A stretch of 64,000 bases of DNA from Paramoeba atlantica. Taxonomy: Eukaryota > Protista > Discosea. Within the stretch, counting starts at the first letter, position 1; each line of letters opens with the position of its first letter. The DNA is taken from contig CDRNVI010000063.1 of NCBI GenBank assembly GCA_977017575.1, positions 186,001 through 250,000 of the forward strand, read 5' to 3'. The position numbers and the translations under genes are program-made. The notes under the pieces were generated by a model that saw only the letters and a list, made by a program, of their open reading frames with translations, made no database searches and had not been told where the DNA came from. Shown one piece after another: positions 10,876-20,530 of this stretch.

Positions 10876-12669
10876 CTACATGCAACCCCAAAGGACCCAA
10901 AGAGTGACTAACACCCCATACACACCCCAGTGCAGTCTTCCTTGCGACAAAACTCCACTGTTTTGGGTGCCTTCTCTAGCGTAGTAGGACGCCTCCGAGA
11001 GATCAGCCCCTTCACTTAACGCCCGGGTGCAGATGTCACTCGCGGGGGGACAGTGAATGATTCCCACATAACCATCCGGGGCGGCAATATCTCCGGCAGA
11101 CCCATTCAGCGGACAGCGTAGCCAATCGGTCGTGTGTGCCACCCGCAACTCCACTCGAGTACCCCCCGGACAACGGGTCTCGAAACACCGCGGTGAGATG
11201 CGATTCGCGTACGTTGAGGGGGCGTGCTGGGAGCGAAACCCGCCCTCTTTCTCCGCCTCCCCCGAGGTCTCGAAACACCGACTTGATACGCTAAAAATGT
11301 TTCCCTTCCCCGAGGTCACGACGCCTAGTTCCTCATTCACACACAACGTGTTGCTATCCCCGACATACGTCGGACAAAAGTCCATGTGGGGAATAACCCC
11401 ACCCTTGTGCGCGTCCCCCGGAAAGTACTGATAACTCTCCGGCAGCGCAAACGGGTAGGAGTGTGTCAGGCAGATCCCCGCCCCCAGGCGGTCGGTGGTA
11501 CACCCAAACGTGTTGTCCTTCCAACAAAAATACCGATCCCGCCCTCCAACCACCGTGTCACAACGTTGCTCAATAAACCCACACCCCGCGGCTCTTCCAT
11601 AACTCAACTCCGCGGGCTCACTACACACCCTGTAATCCACATCATAGTGTCCACTGTCCTCAAAAAAAGCCAACGTCATCGGGGAAAGCCCCAGGGTCAC
11701 ATCGGTGGGACTCGTTGTCCCCGTCATCAGTTCATTCCCCATGACCCGTTTATCCCAATGCGAAAGCGCGGTGGCCCCTCCACCCACATCCTCCATTTCC
11801 AGGAACGTGAGATTGGAGCAGTTAAAATACACCTGGGCCTGGGCCACCACGTGGGGGGTCACCATCCCAATCGTTTGCTTCCCCCGCACCTCGACACTAC
11901 GAAACGGGCTCTGGTTGGGGGGGAGAAACCCAATCCGGGCATAGGGGAAACCAAACCCCAGGGCGTGCAGGATCTCATGCAACGCGACCCGGACGTTCCG
12001 CAGCAGCATGTCGTCGGTGCCCGCAAGCCTTGCGGGGGCGAAGTTCACGTGGCCGACGAGCGGACGACCCCGGGGTCCGATCTCACACGGGAGCGCCCAA
12101 GCGAGGGTGTCGGCGCTGTCCATGGGGACCGCGGTGACGTAGAGCACAAAGTCGGTGTCGGGGACGCCGGTGAGGGAGTGGGAGGGGTTCGTACTGACAT
12201 GGCCGAAACAGGGGCGCTCACTGGTACGGAGGGGGGAGGTGAGGGGGGTGACCCGGAGCGCGGCGTGGATCACGGCCAGGGCTTTGCGCAGGACGGTGTG
12301 GAGGAGGTAGTCTTTTTTAGCCTCGGTAAGGACGTCCTCGGGGGTGCAGGTGACGTTGGAGAATTGGAAGCTGGAGCGTATGTCACCGGGTTGGGTGCAG
12401 TACCGGGCGGGGTTTTCCAGGTCGATGGTGCTGAGCGCGATGCGCATGTTGCGACGACGTGGGGGGTGGGGAGCACGGGCTGCGGGTGGGGGAGTGGGCT
12501 CCCCGGGTTGGAATACGGTGCGTAGGGTGCTGTTGGGGAGGTGGAGGGAGTGGTGGGTGAGGACCTCGTTGTGAATGCAACGGTGGGCGAAGGCTGAGGT
12601 GGGGGTGTCGGCGGTGTGGAACAAGCAGGCTTGTACCAGGAAGGACACGTACAAGAGTAAGGGTTGCAT
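10876..12669 (-). CDS. GP63: GP63/leishmanolysin (peptidase M8), intact active site, probably GPI-anchored
   Basis: HEILH, third ligand in SHWDKR, Met-turn ELMT, conserved Cys pattern. Start moved from 12777 to MQPLLLYVSF (signal peptide). Hydrophobic C-terminus. Confidence 0.95.
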   Translation of the reverse strand: MQPLLLYVSFLVQACLFHTADTPTSAFAHRCIHNEVLTHHSLHLPNSTLRTVFQPGEPTPPPAARAPHPPRRRNMRIALSTIDLENPARYCTQPGDIRSSFQFSNVTCTPEDVLTEAKKDYLLHTVLRKALAVIHAALRVTPLTSPLRTSERPCFGHVSTNPSHSLTGVPDTDFVLYVTAVPMDSADTLAWALPCEIGPRGRPLVGHVNFAPARLAGTDDMLLRNVRVALHEILHALGFGFPYARIGFLPPNQSPFRSVEVRGKQTIGMVTPHVVAQAQVYFNCSNLTFLEMEDVGGGATALSHWDKRVMGNELMTGTTSPTDVTLGLSPMTLAFFEDSGHYDVDYRVCSEPAELSYGRAAGCGFIEQRCDTVVGGRDRYFCWKDNTFGCTTDRLGAGICLTHSYPFALPESYQYFPGDAHKGGVIPHMDFCPTYVGDSNTLCVNEELGVVTSGKGNIFSVSSRCFETSGEAEKEGGFRSQHAPSTYANRISPRCFETRCPGGTRVELRVAHTTDWLRCPLNGSAGDIAAPDGYVGIIHCPPASDICTRALSEGADLSEASYYAREGTQNSGVLSQGRLHWGVYGVLVTLWVLWGCM

Positions 12670-12999
12670 CGCAGGTGTAAGAATATAAGAATGAAAAATG
12701 TTAGAGATTGCTTTTTGTATAATATTCATGAATTTCTCGACCATATTCGAATCATACGATTTAATTTTACCCATCATGCCTAAACTCTATTGTGTGTATA
12801 AAACCTATTGTATGTATAAAATGTATAAAAAGCAAAAAAATATTGAGTGATGGAAGATGAATGAAAAAGGAGTAAGATCCAGGGGCTGCTAAAATTTCGA
12901 ATAAGTAGAATGCACATCACTATAAACATTTTTCTACTGATCTAGAAACATCTAAAAAAGTTGTACAAGGAAGGCTAGATAGTCCTGCACGCGGCAGAG

Positions 13000-15219
13000 T
13001 TAGGTACCCAATGCGAATATCCAGTCTGTTAGAAAGGTCCATAATCTGTTTCTCCTCGGGGATTCACATTGACCTTGTGTACTGTTCGATTGGACAACTA
13101 GATTAGTGGGTGATACCACACTCTCTTGAATTCCGGGTGCCTCTTGTTGAAATAAGGCACCTGAGCCTTCCGGTAAACTTTGTACGAGAGGTAGATCACC
13201 CTGAAATCCGATATCCTGCGCGATAGGCAAACTCAGCAAATCGGATACGCGTGTCATTCCGTCCTCCATTGCACTATCGTCGATAAGTGGTAAGGACTCT
13301 GGAACTCCAGGTTTGACATTGTCTAAAACATCGGTGCTGTTTCCTGCCTCCTCCACCCCAGTAGAGTTGCTTACTCTCGTTACGTTACCGGTGCCTTCCG
13401 GCACACTATCTGTCACCGTTTCTGAGTTCGTTTGATTGCTTGCACGAGTTTCTGTCACATTGCCCGTGGGATCTGTGCTAAATTCACTTTCCGATTCAGT
13501 GTCTTCCTTAACTTTTTGTAGTTCCTCCTTTACGATATCTTCTGTCACAAATAGTTTCGTAGTACAAACCTCCGATGCCGGAGGGCAGAAAATTTGTCCT
13601 ACATAACCCGGGATCCCGGTGAGTACCCCAGGGGAGCCATCTTCGGGACAGAGCAGCCAGGTAGCGTTCTGCCCAAGCCGAAGCTCCACCCGTCTCCCGC
13701 CCGGGCACCGCGTCTCGAAACAACGAGGTGAGTTGCGGTTCAGCGCGCTCGGGGGCGTTCCCTGGGCATGGAAGCCCCAGGTAAAGTTCGACTCGTTTTC
13801 AGGTTTTCGCGCCCCAGCGGTCTCAAAACAACGACTGGAGGTGGAGAAAAAATTCCCCGACTGCGCGGCATAGCGCTCCGCCTGGTTATTTGGGTTCACA
13901 CAAACCATCTCCGGAATCGCCTTTGGGACGGGGCAGTAATCCATGCTTCGGAAATACCCCCCAATAGTGGGCTCCTTGGGAAAATACTGAAACGCCGTCT
14001 CCAATGGCTCCTCATGGTTAATGATCGCACATACCCCCGCCGCCACGTGGTTCGGCATACACGACAACGTAAACGGGTGCCAGCAAAAATACCGATCCCG
14101 TCCCCCGTCCTCCGTGTTACACCGTTGCTCAATAAACCCACACCCCGCGGCGCGTCCATACCTCAGCTCCCCCGGTTCACTACACACGGCGTAATCCACC
14201 TCGTAGTGCCCGCTGTCCTCAAAAAAAGCCAACGTCATCGGGGAAAGCCCCAGCGCCACATCCGCCGGGCTGACCCCCTCCGTCATCAGCTCCCCATTCA
14301 GGACCCGTCGGGTCCAGTACCCCGTGACATCGAGCTCGAGCGCGTCTAACGAGGAGCAGTTGAAGTAGTCTCTCGCTTTTTCGACAATGCTCGGGGAGGT
14401 GATCCCGAGGGTCTGGTGTTCCCGAACCGTGAGGGCACGCAGCGCGCCCTGGTTCGGGGGGAGGAACCCGTAGAGCGCAAAGTGGAGCGAGAACCCGAGC
14501 GCGCGGAAGAGTTCCCGCGTGACCAGCCGGGTGAGTCGCCCCGGGGGTTGTTGGGGGTCGAGGTACCGTGGACTGAGGTTTAGGACCCCCACGGTGGGAC
14601 GACGGGAGGCGTCGGATTCGCACATGAGCCCCGTGGCCTGGATCTCCATCCCGGGGTAGGGGCGCGCGGTGACGTAGAGAATAAAGTCGGTGTGGGGGAA
14701 GCCGAGCTCCCAGTCGGTGGGGGCTGAGGTGACGTGACCAAAACAGGGGGTAGGGCTGGTGTGGAGAGGGGGACGTGGCCGGGAGACTTTAAGAGCACGA
14801 GAGGCGAGATCGGTGGCCTCGTGGAGCGCGTGGAGGAGGAGGGCTTTCTTCTCCTCCGTGAGCACGTCCGCGGGTCGACAAATCGTGGTGCCGAGATCAA
14901 AGGAGGTGCGCTTGTCTCCGGGGACGGAGCAGAATTTAGAGGGGTCGTCCAAGTCACGTGTGCTGAGGTGAATGCGAAGAGGCTGGCGTGTCGGAGAGGA
15001 GGCTTCGTGCTGGAACGGAGACAGAGGGTTATGTTTAGGAGTTTGCTGCCCCTTTTGCTGAGGTACGGATTTAATTCCTTGCGGGGGGTGTAGAGGGGCA
15101 AAGAGGTCATTTGAGTAAACCGTATCGTGAAGCCATTCGGCGTCGGATTTAGAGTAGGCTCGTCGGGAAGTAGCGAGCTCTGTGAGAGCCACCAGTAAGA
15201 GTGTGTACCGCAGTGTCAT
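13000..15219 (-). CDS. GP63: GP63/leishmanolysin paralogue, predicted catalytically dead, with a Ser/Thr/Glu-rich C-terminal extension
   Basis: Colinear with the neighbouring GP63, but HEXXH reads RELFR and SHW reads GYW. Signal peptide MTLRYTLLLVALTELA. Confidence 0.9.
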   Translation of the reverse strand: MTLRYTLLLVALTELATSRRAYSKSDAEWLHDTVYSNDLFAPLHPPQGIKSVPQQKGQQTPKHNPLSPFQHEASSPTRQPLRIHLSTRDLDDPSKFCSVPGDKRTSFDLGTTICRPADVLTEEKKALLLHALHEATDLASRALKVSRPRPPLHTSPTPCFGHVTSAPTDWELGFPHTDFILYVTARPYPGMEIQATGLMCESDASRRPTVGVLNLSPRYLDPQQPPGRLTRLVTRELFRALGFSLHFALYGFLPPNQGALRALTVREHQTLGITSPSIVEKARDYFNCSSLDALELDVTGYWTRRVLNGELMTEGVSPADVALGLSPMTLAFFEDSGHYEVDYAVCSEPGELRYGRAAGCGFIEQRCNTEDGGRDRYFCWHPFTLSCMPNHVAAGVCAIINHEEPLETAFQYFPKEPTIGGYFRSMDYCPVPKAIPEMVCVNPNNQAERYAAQSGNFFSTSSRCFETAGARKPENESNFTWGFHAQGTPPSALNRNSPRCFETRCPGGRRVELRLGQNATWLLCPEDGSPGVLTGIPGYVGQIFCPPASEVCTTKLFVTEDIVKEELQKVKEDTESESEFSTDPTGNVTETRASNQTNSETVTDSVPEGTGNVTRVSNSTGVEEAGNSTDVLDNVKPGVPESLPLIDDSAMEDGMTRVSDLLSLPIAQDIGFQGDLPLVQSLPEGSGALFQQEAPGIQESVVSPTNLVVQSNSTQGQCESPRRNRLWTFLTDWIFALGT

Positions 15220-15407
15220 GGGGTAATACTAAACAAGAATAGAAAAGCTAAAGTTTTGATATCACAGACTCTCTTCCAAGAATCATAATATTGTATGTTT
15301 GAAAGAATGTAGATATCTTGAGACTCCAGCTCATCACTCTTGAAAACACTTTTCCAATTGAAAGCAAGCTCAGCCCCTCAGCAGGTCACGCCACATACCT
15401 GTCACAC

Positions 15408-16097
15408 CTACATTTGTGTCAACACCAGGGCGGTAATATTATGCCCCGCGGTGGCAAGCCCGGAACCCACCAGCCACACCACCCCGAGCGGGAGTAACAT
15501 GTAGGGTTGGATCGGGAGCAGTGGGAGCTCCAGCAACCCACGATACACGATATACCCCCAGTAGGAGGAGGCGAGGGCCCAGAGCGTGTTGGCGCAAAGA
15601 CACGCCAGTATCCCGGGCCGTAGCACCAGCCACAGCAGATAGTGCTGCACGACGTAGAGCAGAAGGAACGGGGGGAAGAACGCGCTGGTGGCAATATCCC
15701 AGCAGTACAGCCACTCGACATCACGTCGGACCTCATTGAGATAGGGACGACGGGTACGGATGTATCGATTGCATCCGTACCATAAAAATGTGGTGAACAG
15801 CACGCACCCGGTAAGGTAGAACCCGCAGAGGTGAAGCAACAGCGCGTGAAGAAGATGGGAGAGGGAAACGTGAAAGGTAAGTCCCCAGGCCAGGGAGGCT
15901 GCGGCCAGAAACGCAAGCTGGAGCAACACGAATGCAGGTTCCTCCCGGGCGTAAAAGTTTTTGGTCATTTTTCGCACTTTTGCGGCACGAAAGACCAGGG
16001 AGGGACGGGAAAGGAGTTGTAACATTTGACTAAGAGCGTTGTCGAAATCAAGGCGGTCCAGGCGGGTGGCACGCCTGAGGTAGAGGGAAGGCTTCAT
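15408..16097 (-). CDS. UNC50: UNC-50/Gmh1 family Golgi membrane protein
   Basis: MDFD.A..QM..L-like N-terminus (LDFDNALSQMLQLL), YARE.PAF, VEWLYCWDI, five TM segments. Confidence 0.9.
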   Translation of the reverse strand: MKPSLYLRRATRLDRLDFDNALSQMLQLLSRPSLVFRAAKVRKMTKNFYAREEPAFVLLQLAFLAAASLAWGLTFHVSLSHLLHALLLHLCGFYLTGCVLFTTFLWYGCNRYIRTRRPYLNEVRRDVEWLYCWDIATSAFFPPFLLLYVVQHYLLWLVLRPGILACLCANTLWALASSYWGYIVYRGLLELPLLPIQPYMLLPLGVVWLVGSGLATAGHNITALVLTQM

Positions 16098-16358
16098 GGA
16101 GGGTGGAAGAATTCGTTCTTTTTAAAGTTGTGAAAACGGCACTTTAGAACGAAAATAGCATACAGTTGTATAAATGAACTTTACTGTAAATAACATAAAG
16201 TAGTGCATGAAGCGTATCATATGGAAGTTTCACCCAATAGGCTGAAAACAAGTATAACACACGTCGTCATCCACCATATCTTTGATGGAATATTTCTGTA
16301 CGATGAGGCGTACGATTTCTACCTATCAAAACAACTTGTGATTCTAACCAGCCATTTT

Positions 16359-17429
16359 TCAAACTATCTTCGTTTTTGCCTCTACATTTTCTGCGTACTT
16401 TCTCATTCTTCGTATTCGGTCTAATTTTTCTTTGATCATGCGAATTTTCCTATCATACTTATACAATCGGCCTTTTTCTGAATTTAAGATGCGTAATGAT
16501 ATCATGTTGGCGGTATGCAATTTGTGGTACAAAAGCTTCATCTTGAAAGTCAAGTCCCGATAGCCGTTCGTGAGCAGTTTCAGCTCGTGTGCGTTTTGTG
16601 AAAATTTGCCTTTCATTTCTGGGATTGTAAGTGGGGTCGGGGTTGGCTTCCGAAATGGAGTCAACGCGGTACTTGGAACGCTTGTATCCTTCAACGACAG
16701 TTCTTCACATTCCGCCTTCGAACTGCTTAATTGATTTTTCGCATTGGAAGATTCCTCAATAGTTTCCTCGTCAAGAGAAAATTTATCGAAGGACTCTTCA
16801 GAGGAGCCATCGGGTGCAATACCCGAACCTGCCGCTGTTACCGCTTGAGGATTGATGTTTGGGTTGCTTTCCATGTTGACCGGTGATGCATTCGTGGGAT
16901 CTTGCAAAAGAAGTCGGGCTAAATGCTTCTCCCTATTTTTCCGATGTCTATCCTTGTCACTGGTTTTCGAGCCTTGCGCATTCGCCATAACTTCCGACTC
17001 TTCCTCCTCTAGTACGAACTGCTCTAAATCATTCGGAAGAGATGTGGACACTATTTCTCCTGTAGTCTCTTCAAGGTTGGATGAAGAAAGTGGAGGAAGA
17101 TTTTTTGTTTCTTCATCCGAGTCGTATTCCCGAAGAAAGCTTGGGGTGTAGGAAGATGTTGGAGTTTTAATGACACCGCGACGTTTAGTGCTGATTCGAC
17201 TGCTCGTTTCGCGTAAACGGGAAGCAATAGTTGAAGTAGGAGTCGGTCTGGGAGAAGAGCAGACGTATTCCACTGTCTTTCTTGAACGTGTAATCGCAGG
17301 AATTGATGTTTTAATTTCAATGCGAGACTCTGTTGGCTGAGTAGTGTGTTTGCGAGAGTGTGTTGACCGAGAACGCAGGAAGCGAGTAAAAAAGAAGTGA
17401 TGGCGAAGAAAGGAAAAAGATCGTTCCAT
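16359..17429 (-). CDS. Hypothetical protein: Ser/Thr/Glu low-complexity body with a basic coiled-coil C-terminus
   Basis: 356-aa ORF on the polycistron strand. No recognised motif. Confidence 0.65.
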   Translation of the reverse strand: MERSFSFLRHHFFFTRFLRSRSTHSRKHTTQPTESRIEIKTSIPAITRSRKTVEYVCSSPRPTPTSTIASRLRETSSRISTKRRGVIKTPTSSYTPSFLREYDSDEETKNLPPLSSSNLEETTGEIVSTSLPNDLEQFVLEEEESEVMANAQGSKTSDKDRHRKNREKHLARLLLQDPTNASPVNMESNPNINPQAVTAAGSGIAPDGSSEESFDKFSLDEETIEESSNAKNQLSSSKAECEELSLKDTSVPSTALTPFRKPTPTPLTIPEMKGKFSQNAHELKLLTNGYRDLTFKMKLLYHKLHTANMISLRILNSEKGRLYKYDRKIRMIKEKLDRIRRMRKYAENVEAKTKIV

Positions 17430-17913
17430 GGATGTTCAAACTTCCCCGTTTCTTATTGAACTAGTGAAGTCTTCTCCTTAGGGAACATGTAAGTAGGGAG
17501 CATCGACTAAATGCGTACGAAAGAAAAAAAATTGTAATCCAGTGGAAATATATACTAAAACTTTATATTGTATATGAGATACAAATTTCCATTTTTAGAA
17601 AGCGCAGAAGTCACCGCTTAAAAAAACTTCTAAGAACTTATTTGCATCTTCACAAAAACTTGCAAAAATGCATGTGCAACACCACAAAAAAGAGATTTAA
17701 AAAGAGAAAGTAGAAACACTTATTAAGAACCTGAACAAACGGTTCGCAACAATTGAATTGCAATTGCTGTAGGCATCATACTGGCACGAATATATGAATT
17801 TTTTTTATCCTAATTTTGATACGAAAAAACAGATTTTCGTGTTAAATGCACTACGTTCCATTCTTTTAAAGACTACGTATCGGCCGAAATACGAACTGGA
17901 TCCACATTATCAC

Positions 17914-18513
17914 TTAGGACACTTCACACCATGCATTTTCTTCTCGGATACGTGCTTCTTCTTCCGGTGTAAAGTCGTTCTTGATTCCGAACAAAGTCCG
18001 TATCTCCTCAACAGACTTGCCCCGGATCATTGACGCCACAGATGCACTTGTTAGGTCAATCAAATCTTGGATATGCAAGTAGTTCGCGGCGCTCAAAACA
18101 GCCAACAATGTACCGTGCTTTGATTCATCACCGTTTTCTAGCAACGAATTTGTAAGAAAATTAAAGTCCCATTCCCCAATCACTTCTTTTATTGGGGCAC
18201 GTAGTGGCTTCTCTATGGCCGGGGCCTTTTCCTGTACATGATGCTCCATGTAAGTGATCACATGGACTAACATATCCGCTGGGACACCGGGTACAGGGAC
18301 CACTACAGGAGTAGTTCTTCTGTGTTCTGCGCTGGTATACTTTCCACTTGATACAGATGTGAGCGCTCCGATCAATACAACAGACTGTTTTGTAGCCTCG
18401 CGGGTGATACAAAACTCCTGCGGTGGAGTGTCGTTGCTTTGAAGAACAATGTACTTCCCGAAATCCACGTCGGGATACGGTGCCTGTACGGCCTGCGGTG
18501 TCTTAATTGTCAT
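17914..18513 (-). CDS. SKP1: SKP1 (SCF ubiquitin ligase adaptor)
   Basis: AANYLHIQDLIDL, IRGKSVEEIRTLFGIKNDFTPEEEARIREENAW. Confidence 0.96.
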   Translation of the reverse strand: MTIKTPQAVQAPYPDVDFGKYIVLQSNDTPPQEFCITREATKQSVVLIGALTSVSSGKYTSAEHRRTTPVVVPVPGVPADMLVHVITYMEHHVQEKAPAIEKPLRAPIKEVIGEWDFNFLTNSLLENGDESKHGTLLAVLSAANYLHIQDLIDLTSASVASMIRGKSVEEIRTLFGIKNDFTPEEEARIREENAWCEVS

Positions 18514-19273
18514 TAGAACAATATATTGGTAAAATTGGGTTATATCTAGAGATTAAAAATCTAATCAAATTAAAAAAGAAGAAAAAGACCAAAATTCTTT
18601 GTATATTTTTGTACACCAGTTCTATTTTTTTGAAAAAAAGGAAATATTCACCTTGGTCGCATCTGGAATTGAATTCTTGAGAGAACAGAATAAACCATTT
18701 TTAGGTCCAACATATTCACTCAAGTTTATACATAAAACGTATAAATACAATATATAGAATGTATAAATTCTCTCTACTATATACACGTTTGCCGCCATTG
18801 AAACGTGGCGGCCGAAATTATTTGGGCGTTGCCACGTTGTATGGCGATGTCAATGACCATCATAGCATGGCAGAGAAAGCCGTAACTGTCCGAGGTGTAC
18901 CCTCCGCACTTCTGTAGAAATGCGAGTTTCATTTCCGGGAACACCGAATGCAGTAAATGCTAACTAAGTATAGCTTGGCTAGTCCCCGCTCGGGGATCAG
19001 ACACGCGCACTTCCTGTAGGAGGGAAGGTCCGACGTCAACCCTCTCATGCAGCGCGAGTAGTACAGTGTATCTTGTTATCATATCTCTTTTAATATTTTT
19101 TCCACTATCATACATGTATGTTACGGTTTCACGCTGTACAAATATGCATTTAAAAAATGACTTCAGTTTTATTATAAACAAAACTTTTGTACTAACACCC
19201 AGACCTTCTAGTAACACTATTTAGGAATTACCCCTTCCCGATTATGGATCCATCGACACTGCATCATGCGAAC

Positions 19274-19395
19274 CGTAGTCTCTGTGCGGCAGAGCCTTTG
19301 GCTCACAGTTTCGTCTCCCTTCGGGGAGTCGGGACTCCGCCTTCTGGGCGGGGGAGCCTCTGGCTTTTTTCATTTCGTTTTTCCCTTCGGGGAGT
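19274..19395 (+). ncRNA. Candidate structured RNA: several adjacent hairpins ending in T6
   Basis: Stems CTGTG/CACAG, GAGCC/GGCTC, CTCCC-TTCG-GGGAG, CCGCC/GGCGG and AGCC/GGCT, then TTTTTT. No family recognised. Confidence 0.25.
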
Positions 19396-20530
19396 GGAGG
19401 ATCGTTGGAGTTAGGAGTCCGGAAGTTTTTGCGTAGCCTACTTTTCTCACCTGGCGGTCCCCCAGGTGGATGGATGGCTGAGCATACATGTATGGATCGC
19501 CCCCCGACGGGACAAATACTTTATATGAATTATAGAGCAATGATAATTTATATTGTACCCAAAAAAATATTGTTTCCATTTTTCAGTGTCTCGATTATAG
19601 AGCTTTCAATACTTGTTTTTCCTTGGTTTTCCTGACATGTGCACCTGTCCTGACCTTCCTGACCTTCGCTGAGTCCTCAGATGGAAGCATGATGGGGATA
19701 TTCCGCAAGATTTTGTGTCCTTCGTAAAGAATCACGGAGTAGTGCTGGATGAACTTTTCCTTAATCATAAGACATCAGGTTCACCACATAAAAGAAATAA
19801 GTTTCTCGGCGTATGTTGGAGAAGGAATGGAAACGCAAAGTGTCGAAAGCGATTAAGCAGTTTGGCTCCTTATTTTTCGGCTCAGCAAAAGATGTCAAAG
19901 ATGAAATTCATATTCTGGATTAAGCTATGTCAGAGGGTCGAAATGTCTAGTATAGCTTCCCAGTGTATGGTCAGCCGGGTGACTGCTTTTTGGCATAATG
20001 GCCACTTTTGGTGTTCATCTACATCTTGGAGGGGGGGCTATGGTGATAGGCAGAATATGGCAGAATGCGGCACAATATGGCAAAATTCAACTGAAACTGA
20101 CTCACTTCAGAGGAAATCGCTGATTGAACCGCGAACAATACCGTTCCCAACGGTTCTGAAATACACACCCTCACGATGCAAGATCGCTTGGAGATTTGTC
20201 GCCCGCCTCTAAGCGTAACACAGATGTGTCCCAAATGCGCAACACCAAAATGGAAGATTATGAGGACTAGGAGTAAAGGTGAAGCTCACTACCATGCATA
20301 GAACGTAAAACGGGGCGGGCGGTGTAAAAAACGGGAGCATGGCTTTAACTTCCAGCGTCAAATAGCTATGGAGGAAGTGAACACTAAAATGGCAGAGGCC
20401 GTGGACGAAATTCTTGAGTGAAAGGTGATACCATCTCACACCTAAAAATCTCACACCTAAAAAACGTAAATCTAGAACACGCGTATGTCAATAAATATTT
20501 TTCACGTAGCAAAGGCAAGAAACGAGCTTT

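Noticed and set aside
11386-12525. Long plus-strand ORFs opposite GP63, LIAS, RRP41 and other GC-rich genes
   Set aside because: Antisense shadows of GC-rich coding sequence with no independent motifs.
18960-19010. 7SL/Alu-like segment (GCGCGTGTCTGATCCCCGAGCGGGGAC, minus strand)
   Set aside because: The UGUNR motif and the helix-8 SRP54 motif were not found downstream.
19250-19400. Hammerhead ribozyme on the minus strand (stem followed by CGAAAC)
   Set aside because: There is no CUGAUGA at the required position, and the UH cleavage triplet is absent.
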